A model generated the notes under the pieces. It made no database searches and had not been told where the DNA came from. It saw nothing but the letters and a program-made list of their open reading frames with translations. Below are positions 43,146 to 52,933 of a stretch of DNA of 64,000 nucleotides, one piece after another. The stretch is from Vicinamibacterales bacterium. Lineage in GTDB: Bacteria > Acidobacteriota > Vicinamibacteria > Vicinamibacterales > UBA2999. A program made the translations under genes and the position numbers. Position 1 is the first letter of the stretch. Each line of letters begins with the position of its first letter. The stretch spans positions 46,462-110,461 of the forward strand of contig DATDOE010000138.1 in assembly GCA_035293405.1 (NCBI GenBank), written 5' to 3'.

Positions 43146-44555
43146 TTGAGCTCACTCGTCAACGAACGGTCGCCCTCCGCCTGGGCAACCCTCAAGGAAG
43201 CCGTCCGGGGCTCGCGCCAGGACTACACGACGGCCCCTATCGGGCGTGCCGTCATCCTCCTCGCGGTCCCGATGGTCCTCGAGATGATGATGGAGTCGGT
43301 GTTCGTCGTCGCCGACGTCTTCTTCGTCGGACGTCTGGGCGCCGACGCCGTCGCCACGGTGGGCATCACCGAGTCGTTGATGACCATCATGTACGCGCTC
43401 GCCATCGGGCTCTCGATCGGCGGGTCGGCGACGGTCGCCCGGCGCATCGGCGAAAAGAACTCGGAGGGCGCCGCCCGCGCTGCGGTGCAATCGATCATCC
43501 TGGGCGTCGCTGCCGGGGTCGCATTCGGCGTCATCGGCGCGCTCTTCGGGCCCAATCTGCTGGCGATGATGGGAGCGAGCCCGGACGTCCTGCGCACTGG
43601 CGCAGGCTTCTCCCGCGTGATGCTGGGCGGAAGCGGCACGGTCGTCCTTCTGTTTCTGATCAACGCGGCGTTCCGTGGCGCGGGCGACGCGGCGATCGCG
43701 ATGCGCGTGCTCTGGTTCGCCAACGCGATCAACATCATCCTCGGGCCCTGCCTCATCTTCGGGCTCGGACCGTTTCCGGAGCTGGGCGTCATGGGCGCGG
43801 CGATCGGCACCACGATCGGCCGTGGCAGCGGCGTGCTGTTTCAGCTCTATCACCTGACGCGGCCGGGTGGCCGCCTCGAGGTCCATGCGCGGCACATGAA
43901 GTTCGACCTGTCGGTCATGCGCACGATCCTGCGCATCTCGGGGAGCGCGACCTTCCAGAATTTCGTGTCCACGGCGTCGTGGATGGGTCTGGTTCGTATC
44001 CTCACCGGATTCGGCAGCGCCGCGGTGGCCGGCAACACGATCGGCATCCGCATCCTGCTGTTTGCGATTCTTCCGTCGCTCGGCGTGAGCAACGCCGCGG
44101 CCACCCTCGTGGGCCAGAACCTCGGCGCCGGCAAGCCGGATCGCGCGGAAGCGGCGGCGTGGAAGGCGGGGCTCTACAACACGCTCTGCCTCGGCGCCGT
44201 CGGCGTCGTGTTTTTCCTCTTCGCGCCGTTCATCATCAGCTTCTTCACCACCGACCCTGAGGTCGCGAGCTACGGCGTCAGCTGCCTCCGCATCGTCTCG
44301 GCCGGCTTTCTGTTCTTCGGGTACGCGATGGTGTTGACGGCGGCGTTCAACGGCGCCGGCGACACCCGCACGCCGACGCTGATTGCGCTGGCGTGTTTAT
44401 GGGCGTGGGAAATTCCACTGGCGTGGGTGCTGGCCCACCCCTTGGGCTTCGGGCCAAAGGGCGTCTTCATCGCCGCCAGCGTGGCATTCTCGACGATGTC
44501 GTTGAGCAGCGCGTGGCTGTTTTCGCGCGGAACGTGGAAGACGCGGCGGGTATGA
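43146..44555 (+). CDS. MATE-family efflux transporter
   Basis: 469 aa, about 12 TM segments, with NorM/DinF-like motifs (LAVPMVLEMMMESVFVVADVFFVGRLG; NAAFRGAGD). TTG start. Confidence 0.85.
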   Translation: MSSLVNERSPSAWATLKEAVRGSRQDYTTAPIGRAVILLAVPMVLEMMMESVFVVADVFFVGRLGADAVATVGITESLMTIMYALAIGLSIGGSATVARRIGEKNSEGAARAAVQSIILGVAAGVAFGVIGALFGPNLLAMMGASPDVLRTGAGFSRVMLGGSGTVVLLFLINAAFRGAGDAAIAMRVLWFANAINIILGPCLIFGLGPFPELGVMGAAIGTTIGRGSGVLFQLYHLTRPGGRLEVHARHMKFDLSVMRTILRISGSATFQNFVSTASWMGLVRILTGFGSAAVAGNTIGIRILLFAILPSLGVSNAAATLVGQNLGAGKPDRAEAAAWKAGLYNTLCLGAVGVVFFLFAPFIISFFTTDPEVASYGVSCLRIVSAGFLFFGYAMVLTAAFNGAGDTRTPTLIALACLWAWEIPLAWVLAHPLGFGPKGVFIAASVAFSTMSLSSAWLFSRGTWKTRRV

Positions 44556-44561
44556 CTGGCT

Positions 44562-44656
44562 GGTTCGTGGTTCGTGGTTCTTGGAGGATGTCTGGGGCTG
44601 ATTCGTGGCTTGTCGACCGTTAATGGGCTGACCAAGAACCAAGAACCACGAACCAC
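44562..44656. repeat. Inverted heptamer arrays (GGTTCGT family), 18-bp perfect stem around a 54-nt spacer
   Basis: gtggttcgtggttcttgg (44567-84) is the exact reverse complement of ccaagaaccacgaaccac (44639-56). The left arm starts 7 nt after the MATE stop. The right arm ends in the stop codon of ORF 44656-45081. Confidence 0.85.
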
Positions 44657-45081
44657 TATCCAGGCGCGACCGTCACCGTGAAGCCGTCCTGATTCGGCGC
44701 CGCGTACTGACGATGGTGGCGGATCCGTGAATACGGGATGGTCAGCAGCGTGTCGAAACCGGCTTCCGGCTGCGGGTGAATCTGCAGCGTCATCTCCTGG
44801 GTGGCGGTCGAGAGCGCGCGCACGACATCCGGCTTCGCGAAGCCAATCACGAACACCTCGCCGCTCGGCAGCTTGTGCGTTTCGTAGCTGCGGTAGCGGC
44901 GCACCGCAAACAGCGGCGCGTTCGGCAAGCCCGGCGAGTAGGTGAATCCGTAAACGCCTCCGGGCAGGCCGTTCACGCCCGTCCCCTCCTCGCTGTCGAC
45001 CACAAGGCGAACTTGATGGGCGAGCCGAAGGGATTCCTGGTCGGCCGTCGCGGTGTTGTCGGAATAGACGACTCGGCTCAT
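44656..45081 (-). CDS. Hypothetical protein
   Basis: 141-aa ORF downstream of msrA on the same strand. No family recognised. Confidence 0.4.
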   Translation of the reverse strand: MSRVVYSDNTATADQESLRLAHQVRLVVDSEEGTGVNGLPGGVYGFTYSPGLPNAPLFAVRRYRSYETHKLPSGEVFVIGFAKPDVVRALSTATQEMTLQIHPQPEAGFDTLLTIPYSRIRHHRQYAAPNQDGFTVTVAPG

Positions 45082-45113
45082 AGGATGCCTAGTCTATATC
45101 GTTCACACTCTGC

Positions 45114-45767
45114 TCATGCGTTCACACCAATCGGACAGGTGACTCCCGTTCCTCCAATCCCGCAATAGCCGTGCGGGTTCTTCTCGAGGTACTGCTGGTG
45201 ATAGTCCTCGGCGTAGAAGAATGGCGGCGCGTCGAGGATCTCGGTGCTGATGCGCCCGTAGCCGCCGGCGGTCAGACGATCCTGATAGGACGCGCGCGAC
45301 GCTTCGGCGGCGCGCTTCTGCTCCGGTGAGTAACAGTAGATCGCCGACCGATACTGCGTTCCCACATCGTTGCCCTGCCGCATCCCCTGCGTCGGGTCAT
45401 GGTTTTCCCAGAACAGCTTCAGCATCGCGTCGTAACTCGTGACCGCGGGATCGAACACGACGAGGACCACTTCGGTGTGTCCGGTCGTGCCCGAGCACAC
45501 TTCCTTGTATGTCGGGTTCGGGGTGTAGCCGCCGGCATACCCGACCGCGGTCGTGTACACGCCTGGCGCCTGCCAGAACTTCCGCTCCGCGCCCCAGAAA
45601 CAGCCCAGGCCGAAGACGGCCTGCTCGAGTCCTGCCGGAAACGGTGGCGTGAGTCGCCCGCCGGTCACGACGTGCGTGCCGGCGACAGGCATCGGATCCT
45701 GGCGACCGGGTAAGGCTTGATCGGGACGCGGGAGGCGCAGATTCATCGGGCTACCGAATATGGCCAT
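45114..45767 (-). CDS. msrA: Peptide-methionine (S)-S-oxide reductase
   Basis: [35 protein letters not shown]. Confidence 0.9.
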   Translation of the reverse strand: MAIFGSPMNLRLPRPDQALPGRQDPMPVAGTHVVTGGRLTPPFPAGLEQAVFGLGCFWGAERKFWQAPGVYTTAVGYAGGYTPNPTYKEVCSGTTGHTEVVLVVFDPAVTSYDAMLKLFWENHDPTQGMRQGNDVGTQYRSAIYCYSPEQKRAAEASRASYQDRLTAGGYGRISTEILDAPPFFYAEDYHQQYLEKNPHGYCGIGGTGVTCPIGVNA

Positions 45768-45811
45768 GAATTCCTCAATCGGGCAACGGTGTCCGTCGCC
45801 CTACGACTAAG

Positions 45812-46546
45812 ATGCCCGAAGTGAGTACCGAGTTTCAATCGACGGACGGACGGCGACGACCTCAGCCGGAAGAGGGACCGCTCAGCATCATCTACGAAGA
45901 CGAATGGATGATCGTCCTGGATAAACCGCCCGGCATGGTCGTCCATCCCACCTACAAGAACTGGTCGAGCACGCTGCTCAATGCCGTCATGTGGCGTGTG
46001 CGTGATCGTCCCGGGGCGCAACCGGGCATCCTCACCCGGCTCGACAAGGATACGTCGGGCCTGGTCGTCATGGCGTTGAGCCCTCAGGTGCATGCCACGA
46101 TGCAGCGGGACGGCACGGCGGGCCGGATCCGCAAGGAATACCTCGCCGTCGTGCGCGGTATTCCCGATCCGATCCGCGGCCGCATCGTCCTCCCCCTCGG
46201 ACGCGACATCGCCGACAGGCGTCGCGTGGTGGTGACGCCTGACGGTGCGTACGGAGAAACCCGCTACGAAGTGATCTCCACCTTGGAGAACGGCCTGACA
46301 CTGCTGCGATGCGAGCTGGTCACCGGACGGACGCACCAGATTCGCGTGCACCTCGCGTCGCAGGGCTGGCCGGTCTTTGGCGACCGGCTCTATGGAGAGC
46401 CGGATGACACGTTGACGCGCCAGGCGCTCCACGCCTCTCACCTGTCGATGCCCCATCCTGTTACGCGGCAGCCCCTCGAGCTCGACGCTCCGCTTCCTGA
46501 CGATCTCTCTCGCGTGATCGGTGTGGTTCAGAATTTCACGTTGTAG
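45812..46546 (+). CDS. RluA-family pseudouridine synthase (no S4 domain)
   Basis: VLDKPPGMVVHP, TRLDKDTSGLVVMA (catalytic Asp), GRTHQIRVHLA. Confidence 0.85.
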   Translation: MPEVSTEFQSTDGRRRPQPEEGPLSIIYEDEWMIVLDKPPGMVVHPTYKNWSSTLLNAVMWRVRDRPGAQPGILTRLDKDTSGLVVMALSPQVHATMQRDGTAGRIRKEYLAVVRGIPDPIRGRIVLPLGRDIADRRRVVVTPDGAYGETRYEVISTLENGLTLLRCELVTGRTHQIRVHLASQGWPVFGDRLYGEPDDTLTRQALHASHLSMPHPVTRQPLELDAPLPDDLSRVIGVVQNFTL

Positions 46547-48771
46547 AGCAATTTGAAATTCCTCCCCATCTCGGCCGCGAGGTCCTTGATGAGGGACAGG
46601 TGATTGCGATAGAGCTCGTTCGTCGCGTTGTCCAGACGCGCCGTGATCGTGTTGGTCACCTTGCCGCTTCCAAACGAGTACGCGCCATAGAGCCGAAGGA
46701 GCTGATAGCCATCGGTCTCCGTCTCGTTCTCGAAGAGCCGATCCTGCGTGGCCGCAACCGTCACCTGGCCACCCGCCTGGAAGGCATTCCGCTGATACCG
46801 CAAGCCACCCCGAAAGCGCAGCGGTGGCATCCGCGGCAAAGGTTGGTCGGTTGCCTTGAGCGTGCCACGCACGTAGTCGAGCCCCACCTCCACCGCCAGA
46901 TCGGAAGTCAGCTGGAAATCGGAGTGCGCTTCGATGCCCTGGAGGATGGTGTCGGCCGCGACGTTCTCGAGGATCGGAAACTCTTCGGCCGTCGGCGGCT
47001 CTTCGTCAATGCCGCGGTCAGGGAACCGCGCCACGAACTCGTCGAGGCGCACCGCTGCGTCCCCCTCCGTCAGGGGCGCCCTGAAAACGAAACGGTCGAT
47101 ATCGTTGCGGAAGTACGTCACGTCGCCTGATGCACGCGACGATCGCCAACGCAGCGCCACGTCGAAGCCCAGGGCGTTTTCGGGGCCAAGGTTCGGATCG
47201 CCAATCTCGAAGGCGAAATTGCCCGGGTGAGGCCCGAAGTAGAAGAGCTCCTCGAGCGAAGGAATACGGGACGCCTTCGCCAGGCTGAGCGCGATCGTGA
47301 CTCGGTCGGCCGCCGCTTCGGGCCGCAGCAGCAGTCCGAGTGAGCCAGAGCCGGCCGTGAAGTCACGCACCACTTCACCACGTGGTTCGTACTTGGCGTG
47401 GTCGACGCGGCCTCCGAACTGGAACGTCACGTGCGGCCAGGCGACCTCTTCGTAGAGAAACGCGGCGAGCCCACGCTGGTCAACCGCCGGCGACAGCGCC
47501 TCCGCACCGACGGCGTCGAACGCGCGATTCAAGAACCATCCGCCGATACTGCCCTTCATGCGGCCCACGGCGCGGTGCGAGCCCATCACCTCGACTTCGG
47601 CTGTGTCGTTCTTGAATGCCGTGCCGACTTCCGTGCCCTCGAGCTCCTCGTGCTTGTATCGGCGGACGGCGAGGGTGGCGCGGTAGGAATCGAACGCGCC
47701 GCCCAATCCCTGCGCGCCGCCGCGCAGCGAGAACGCGTGCCGCCTCGGCGTCAGTTGAATCTGACCTTCCTCGACGATCGGGATCCCGTATTTCGTGTCG
47801 TCGTAGCCGTAGTTGCCGCCGACGTATCCCTTCGCGCCCGTCCACGAGAGGCCGATGTTGCCGAAGCCGTTGCGCGACTGCGAGTTGGTGAGGTCACCCG
47901 CGGGAGTATCGACGTCACTGGAACGCCGGCCGCCGCCACCAAGGTGCAGCGCAACCTTGCCGTTACCGATGTTCACCGCGCCGGCCGCGCCGCCTTCCTG
48001 GGCGGCCGATCCGAAATCGAACATGAAGTTCCCGCTCGCGCCGGTCAACGGTTTGGTAGGAATCTCGTCAGTGATGATGTTGACGAGGCCGCCAATCGCG
48101 TTCGAACCGTACAGCAACGTTGCCGGACCCCGCACCACTTCGATCGTCTGCGCCGACGCCGGGTTGATGGCGACGCCGTGGTCTCCAGACTGCGTCGACA
48201 AGTCACCAAGGCGCTGGCCGTCCTGAAGGATCAGCACGCGATCCCCATCGAGGCCGCGAATCACCGGCCGCGACGGCGCAGGCCCGAAACTCCGCGCCGC
48301 AACACCGGGCTCATTCTCGAGCGTCGCCCCGAGAGACGACTCGAGCTGCTTGGACAGCTCTTGCCCAGACAGCACGGAGGTCGCCTGGAACGTCTCGAAC
48401 TGGCTCCGCGCGTCGGGACCTACCGACACGACTTCTTCGAAATGCAGTTCGGGATCGACCTGCACGTCGAGGGACGCGGTGCCGGCTTTCACCGATACCT
48501 CGGTCCTGCGCGACGAATACCCCTGGGCGCGCACCGACAGGTGGTAGGCACCCGGTGGCAGGTTCTGGAACGTGAACGTCCCATCGGCGCCCGATGTCTC
48601 TTCTCGCCGGATCTCTTCGATGATGACCGTGGCGCCCGCAATCGGCGCGCCGCTCAGGGAATTGAGCAATCGACCGGACAGCGAGACACCGCCCTGCGCG
48701 GCCGCATGAGACGAACAGATCAGGACAAGCACAATCTCGGCGCACGCGAACAGAAGCGTACGTACATGCAT
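46528..48771 (-). CDS. TonB-dependent receptor with N-terminal CarboxypepD_reg domain
   Basis: 747 aa with a signal peptide. GRLLNSLSGAPIAGATVII...GTFTFQNLPPGAYHLSVRAQGY, a plug domain (IEVVRGPATLLYGSNAIGGLVNI), and a C-terminal beta-barrel ending in F. Confidence 0.85.
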   Translation of the reverse strand: MHVRTLLFACAEIVLVLICSSHAAAQGGVSLSGRLLNSLSGAPIAGATVIIEEIRREETSGADGTFTFQNLPPGAYHLSVRAQGYSSRRTEVSVKAGTASLDVQVDPELHFEEVVSVGPDARSQFETFQATSVLSGQELSKQLESSLGATLENEPGVAARSFGPAPSRPVIRGLDGDRVLILQDGQRLGDLSTQSGDHGVAINPASAQTIEVVRGPATLLYGSNAIGGLVNIITDEIPTKPLTGASGNFMFDFGSAAQEGGAAGAVNIGNGKVALHLGGGGRRSSDVDTPAGDLTNSQSRNGFGNIGLSWTGAKGYVGGNYGYDDTKYGIPIVEEGQIQLTPRRHAFSLRGGAQGLGGAFDSYRATLAVRRYKHEELEGTEVGTAFKNDTAEVEVMGSHRAVGRMKGSIGGWFLNRAFDAVGAEALSPAVDQRGLAAFLYEEVAWPHVTFQFGGRVDHAKYEPRGEVVRDFTAGSGSLGLLLRPEAAADRVTIALSLAKASRIPSLEELFYFGPHPGNFAFEIGDPNLGPENALGFDVALRWRSSRASGDVTYFRNDIDRFVFRAPLTEGDAAVRLDEFVARFPDRGIDEEPPTAEEFPILENVAADTILQGIEAHSDFQLTSDLAVEVGLDYVRGTLKATDQPLPRMPPLRFRGGLRYQRNAFQAGGQVTVAATQDRLFENETETDGYQLLRLYGAYSFGSGKVTNTITARLDNATNELYRNHLSLIKDLAAEMGRNFKLLYNVKF

Positions 48772-48825
48772 GAGTACATCTCCAACGAAACGAGTTCCGA
48801 GTTCGCGCTCCTCAGGGAACGCGTG

Positions 48826-49203
48826 TTACGCGTTGATCGTTGAAGGGGTAGGCGGTGCGCGGAGCGGGGGCTGCACCGCGCCGACGAACTGCGGTGCGCC
48901 GGCGAAGTCGATGGGAGTCCGAACGTCGCGTTCGACAGCAGGGGCGATGTGCTGGGCTGTCAGGGTTGACGGTCGGACGATGCGCGTCCAGTGACACAGG
49001 ACGCAGTGAAGCGGGCGTTCCTCGGCGGTGGAGCCGCGGCTGATGCTGTGCGCTGACGGGTCGTGCGGGACCTCGATGGACACGCACGCCGCATCGTGGC
49101 AGTCGTCTTCGTGCGGCGCCGCGGACCAGACGGTGAGCGTCGCCAGCGAGACGAGCGCCGCCGCGGCAATCGAACGTGCCCGCGAGCGGAACCACTGGAG
49201 CAT
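48826..49203 (-). CDS. Small secreted Cys/His-rich protein (DUF2946-like?), upstream of the TonB receptor
   Basis: MLQWFRSRARSIAAAALVSLATLTVWSAAPHEDDCHDAACVS...HCVLCHW. Start chosen at ATG 49203. The family call is tentative. Confidence 0.4.
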   Translation of the reverse strand: MLQWFRSRARSIAAAALVSLATLTVWSAAPHEDDCHDAACVSIEVPHDPSAHSISRGSTAEERPLHCVLCHWTRIVRPSTLTAQHIAPAVERDVRTPIDFAGAPQFVGAVQPPLRAPPTPSTINA

Positions 49204-49438
49204 GAGGCTAGCAGCCTGACACCGGGAGCCGGGAGTGTCAAGGACGCACGGCGGCACGAAGTTCGCTATCGTATATGCGTGCGAACGCGCAGCGGAACAA
49301 CAGTGCGTCAATTCACGCCTGCATTCACGCCGGCTGCCGGCGTGGCTTACTGGTGGCGAAAGGTCCTTTCCTCGGGTACCGGCGAGGTAATGACGGTCGC
49401 GCGGATGTCACCCACGTGCATTAGGATTACAACAATCC

Positions 49439-50983
49439 ATGCGCGTCTCTCGCCGGCAGTTCATCCAGAGCGCCACTGTCTCCGCCGCGGTCATACCCCT
49501 CGCCGTGCGCGCGCAGCAGTCGGCCCTCGATCCGTCTATCCGTCTGTTCAGGCACGGCGTCGCCAGCGGCGACCCACTGATCGACCGTGTGATCCTCTGG
49601 ACACGTGTCTCCGCGCCGCCCACACGCAGCGCGACCGGCCCGATCGACGTCCAGTGGCAGATCGCCTCGGACGAGAAGCTGACTCAGGTGGTGACTCGCG
49701 GCACGGCGCAGGCCGCCGCGGAAAAGGACTTCACGGTCAAGGTGGACGCCGGCAACCTGCGTCCGGGCCGCACCTACTACTACGCGTTCAACGCCGGCGG
49801 TGAACAGTCGCCCATCGGCCGCACCAGGACGCTGCCCGACCGCGCCGATCGCCTGCGGTTCGCCTCGGTGTCCTGCTCGAACTACCCCGCCGGCTACTTC
49901 AACGTCTATCGCTGCCTTGCCAACCGGCCGGACCTCGACGCGGTGATCCACCTCGGCGACTACATCTACGAGTTCGCCAACGGCCGCTACGGCGACGGGA
50001 CCGAATCGGGCCGGCTGCCCTTGCCACGCGGCGAGGCCGTCACGTTGGAGGACTACCGCAACCGCTACGCCACCTACCGCAGCGACATCGATCTTCAAGA
50101 CGCCCACCGCCAGCATCCGTTCATCGTCGTCTGGGACGATCACGAGCTCGCAAACGACGCGTGGTCGGGCGGCGCCGGCAATCATGATCCCAGCGAAGGC
50201 GACTGGGCGACACGGCGGGCAGGCGCGTACCGTGCGTATCTCGAGTGGATGCCGATTCGCGAGGCGACTCAGTCTGGGATTCGCCTCTATCGCTCGTTCC
50301 GCTTCGGAGACACCGCTGATCTGATGATGCTCGATACGCGCGGGCTCAGGGATCAACAACTGGCAGGCAACGACGCCGCCGGGCTCGCCGATCCAAAACG
50401 ATCGCTTCTCGGCGCCGAGCAGGAGACCTGGTTCTTCGATCGGCTTCGCGAGTCGCAGAAGGCGGGCACGCGGTGGCGGATCCTCGGGCAGCAGATTCTG
50501 TTTGCGCCGTTGTCCCTTCCCGGTCTCCCGGTGCAGCGGCCTGACGTGTGGGACGGATATCCGGCGGCGCGCGAGCGTGTCTTCGACGTCCTCACCCGCG
50601 ACAAGATCACCGACGTCGCGTTCCTGACCGGCGACATCCACAGCTCGTGGGCGATCGATGTGCCGCGCAACCCGTGGAACGGATACAACACGACCAGCGG
50701 CAGCGGTTCGCTGGCCGTCGAGCTCGTCGCACCGGCCATCAGCTCGCCGCCGTTGTTCGGCAGCACGCAACAGCGGGATCTCGTCATGTCGTTGCAGCCG
50801 CTGGTGCGTCACGTGAAATACCTCGAGGGAGAGCACCGGGGGTACGTGCTGCTCGACGTCACGCGCGATCGCCTGCAGGCCGACTGGTTTCACGTCGCCA
50901 CCGTCACCGAGCGGAGCGTTCAGGAGTCGAAGGCGGCGAGCTTCGTGTGCGAGCGCGGGTCTTCGCGCCTCGCGCCGGCGTAG
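49439..50983 (+). CDS. phoD: Alkaline phosphatase D family (PhoD), Tat-exported
   Basis: Twin-arginine signal MRVSRRQFIQSATVSAAVIPLAVRA. GVASGDPLIDRVILWTR, HLGDYIYE, VVWDDHE. Confidence 0.85.
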   Translation: MRVSRRQFIQSATVSAAVIPLAVRAQQSALDPSIRLFRHGVASGDPLIDRVILWTRVSAPPTRSATGPIDVQWQIASDEKLTQVVTRGTAQAAAEKDFTVKVDAGNLRPGRTYYYAFNAGGEQSPIGRTRTLPDRADRLRFASVSCSNYPAGYFNVYRCLANRPDLDAVIHLGDYIYEFANGRYGDGTESGRLPLPRGEAVTLEDYRNRYATYRSDIDLQDAHRQHPFIVVWDDHELANDAWSGGAGNHDPSEGDWATRRAGAYRAYLEWMPIREATQSGIRLYRSFRFGDTADLMMLDTRGLRDQQLAGNDAAGLADPKRSLLGAEQETWFFDRLRESQKAGTRWRILGQQILFAPLSLPGLPVQRPDVWDGYPAARERVFDVLTRDKITDVAFLTGDIHSSWAIDVPRNPWNGYNTTSGSGSLAVELVAPAISSPPLFGSTQQRDLVMSLQPLVRHVKYLEGEHRGYVLLDVTRDRLQADWFHVATVTERSVQESKAASFVCERGSSRLAPA

Positions 50984-51052
50984 CCACGAAGGCCACATAG
51001 ACGGGTTAGCCACAAAGAACGCGAAGACCACAAAGGTTGAGTACGGTCGTAT

Positions 51053-51075
51053 GTAGTGTCCGGCTTTAGCCGGAC
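51053..51075 (+). repeat. REP hairpin GTAGTGTCCGGCTTTAGCCGGAC
   Basis: Same head and loop as the REPs at 25630-25687 and 61403-61460. Confidence 0.55.
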
Positions 51076-51086
51076 CTTGACACCAG

Positions 51087-51103
51087 TCTTACAATCAGTA
51101 AGA
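51087..51103. promoter_or_regulatory. Palindrome tcttac-N5-gtaaga upstream of the PadR gene (candidate operator)
   Basis: Lies 9 nt upstream of ATG 51112. The outer agtct/agact extend the dyad imperfectly. Confidence 0.3.
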
Positions 51104-51111
51104 TCAGACTC

Positions 51112-51426
51112 ATGGCGCGTCGTCCTCCGCATCCTCCTACGCTGTCACCCAAGGAACTACTGATCCTCGAGCTGCTGGCCCAGGACCCCGCCAGGTATGG
51201 CCTTCAGCTGGTCGCGGCATCAAAACGGCGGCTGAAGCGCGGGACTGTGTACGTGACGCTCGGGCGCATGGAGGACAAGGGCTTCATCACGTCGCGCCTC
51301 GAAGCGGCGCCGCCCGACGTCGGCGGCATGCCCCGCCGGATCTACGAGCCCACGGCGCTCGGGCGTCGCGTCCTCGCCGCGTGGACCGCTGCTGCGCAGC
51401 ATCTCGTTCCAGGATTCGCGCGATGA
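51112..51426 (+). CDS. PadR-family transcriptional regulator
   Basis: 104 aa. ELLILELLAQDPARYGLQLVAASKRRLKRGTVYVTLGRMEDKGFITSRLE. Confidence 0.8.
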   Translation: MARRPPHPPTLSPKELLILELLAQDPARYGLQLVAASKRRLKRGTVYVTLGRMEDKGFITSRLEAAPPDVGGMPRRIYEPTALGRRVLAAWTAAAQHLVPGFAR

Positions 51427-52448
51427 GCCGCCCCGGCACCCGGCTTCGCGCGCTGTCGGCGCGTGTGTGTAGCGAGCGACTGATGCGGCGTCTCATCGAT
51501 CCCGCGCTTGCGGACCTTCAGGCCGAGCACGAAGAAGCAGTGCGATCTCGCCGCTTGTGGAAGAGTCGGTGGGTCTTGCTGTCTGGCTACGTGGCATGGA
51601 TAAGGGTGATGGCGCTGTGCGGTCCGCTGGCGCTGAGACAGGATCTGAGTGGCTGGACCGTTGACGATGGGCGCGCACTCAGCCGGACGGCGTGGCTGTC
51701 TCTTGCAGTAACGGTCGCGGCGACCGTCCTTCTTCTCAGGATGCAATGGACCTCGTGGGTGCCTACGCACGCGAACACAATGACGCTGGTGAGGTACCTG
51801 ATACCCGCAATGCTTCCCCTGAGCGTACCGGTGGGGCTGACGCTGGGTACAACGCTGAGCCTGAGCGGACGCGCGGTTTCACGGCGATTGGTCATCGCGC
51901 TCCTCATGATCGGCCTCGGCTTGTCGGTTCCGTCGTTCGTGATGGTGGACCGGATCGTTCCGGTCACCAATCAGGCGTACCGCGAGGCTTGGTTTGGGAG
52001 TAGCGGCGTCCAGAGAGGGTCCCGCGAACTCACACTCGCAGAGTTGAGAGCCCGCATCGACTCATACCCTCGGATGGTTCTCGACACAGCCGAGGCCGCG
52101 CGGCGCATGCGCGTGGAGCGAAGGGACTACTACGGGCGATACGCCGCGATCGGAATACCGTTCGTCTTTACGCTGTTCGCGTTGGCGATCGTCGGGTGCC
52201 GACGCTTCGGCAGATTCGGAAGCGGATGTGCGGGGTTCCTCGGGCTTGTTGTCTGGTACCTATTGGAGGGGACCTTGCCGCACGTTCCACGGGACGGATT
52301 CATGCCTCCGCTGCTGACGGCCTGGCTGCCTCACCTCGCCATCATCGCGACCTCGGTCGCGCTATTGCGATCCCGCACAGTCCGGCTGCCGCCTTCGCCC
52401 ATAACGCGGCTTCGGCGCCCAAGAAAGCCGGACACTATATACATTTAG
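51423..52448 (+). CDS. PadR-coupled integral membrane protein (possibly LptF/LptG-like permease fold)
   Basis: ATGA overlap with the PadR stop. About 6 hydrophobic segments. Function not established. Confidence 0.5.
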   Translation: MSRPGTRLRALSARVCSERLMRRLIDPALADLQAEHEEAVRSRRLWKSRWVLLSGYVAWIRVMALCGPLALRQDLSGWTVDDGRALSRTAWLSLAVTVAATVLLLRMQWTSWVPTHANTMTLVRYLIPAMLPLSVPVGLTLGTTLSLSGRAVSRRLVIALLMIGLGLSVPSFVMVDRIVPVTNQAYREAWFGSSGVQRGSRELTLAELRARIDSYPRMVLDTAEAARRMRVERRDYYGRYAAIGIPFVFTLFALAIVGCRRFGRFGSGCAGFLGLVVWYLLEGTLPHVPRDGFMPPLLTAWLPHLAIIATSVALLRSRTVRLPPSPITRLRRPRKPDTIYI

Positions 52449-52513
52449 AAACCTCGGTGCCTCAGCCTGTCCCGCCGAAGCTGAGCGTAGGCGGATGCCT
52501 CGGTGTGTCGTGA

Positions 52514-52933
52514 TCACATCAAGAGTTGGGTGAGCTGTTCGACGCCATCGATCGCCATCCGCAGCACCGAGGCGAGCAGCAGGACCGCGCTCGCGATCAC
52601 GACGGCATCGACGGCGGCGCGCACGCGCGGCAGGTGCAGCCACCGCCGCAACAGCGTGATCAGTGGAATGACCAGCACCGCCGGCGTGATCATCGCGAGC
52701 CACGCGGCGGACGCGCCGACCCACCCTCGGGCGAAATAGCCGACAGCCACGATGTACGCGCCGACCGGTCCAGGCGCGGAGCGTCCAATCACCACCGCCT
52801 GACCGAGCTGCTCGTCGGTGACCAGTCGATGGGTCACGACGAAGTCCTGCCGGATCTGCGGCAGCGACCCCATGCCCGCGAACGACGTCACGGTGGCCTT
52901 CAACAGCAGCAGGTACAGCGCCGCGACGCTCAC
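52514..52933 (-). CDS. chrA: Chromate-transporter (ChrA) half-size protein, second of pair
   Basis: VSVAALYLLLLKATVTSFAGMGSLPQIRQDFV...GPVGAYIVAVGY. GTGA overlap with the upstream half. Confidence 0.7.
   Translation of the reverse strand: MSVAALYLLLLKATVTSFAGMGSLPQIRQDFVVTHRLVTDEQLGQAVVIGRSAPGPVGAYIVAVGYFARGWVGASAAWLAMITPAVLVIPLITLLRRWLHLPRVRAAVDAVVIASAVLLLASVLRMAIDGVEQLTQLLM

Noticed and set aside
51077-51095. TTGACA ... TACAAT, considered as a sigma-70 promoter for the PadR gene.
   Set aside because: The hexamers are only 7 nt apart instead of about 17, so they cannot form one promoter.
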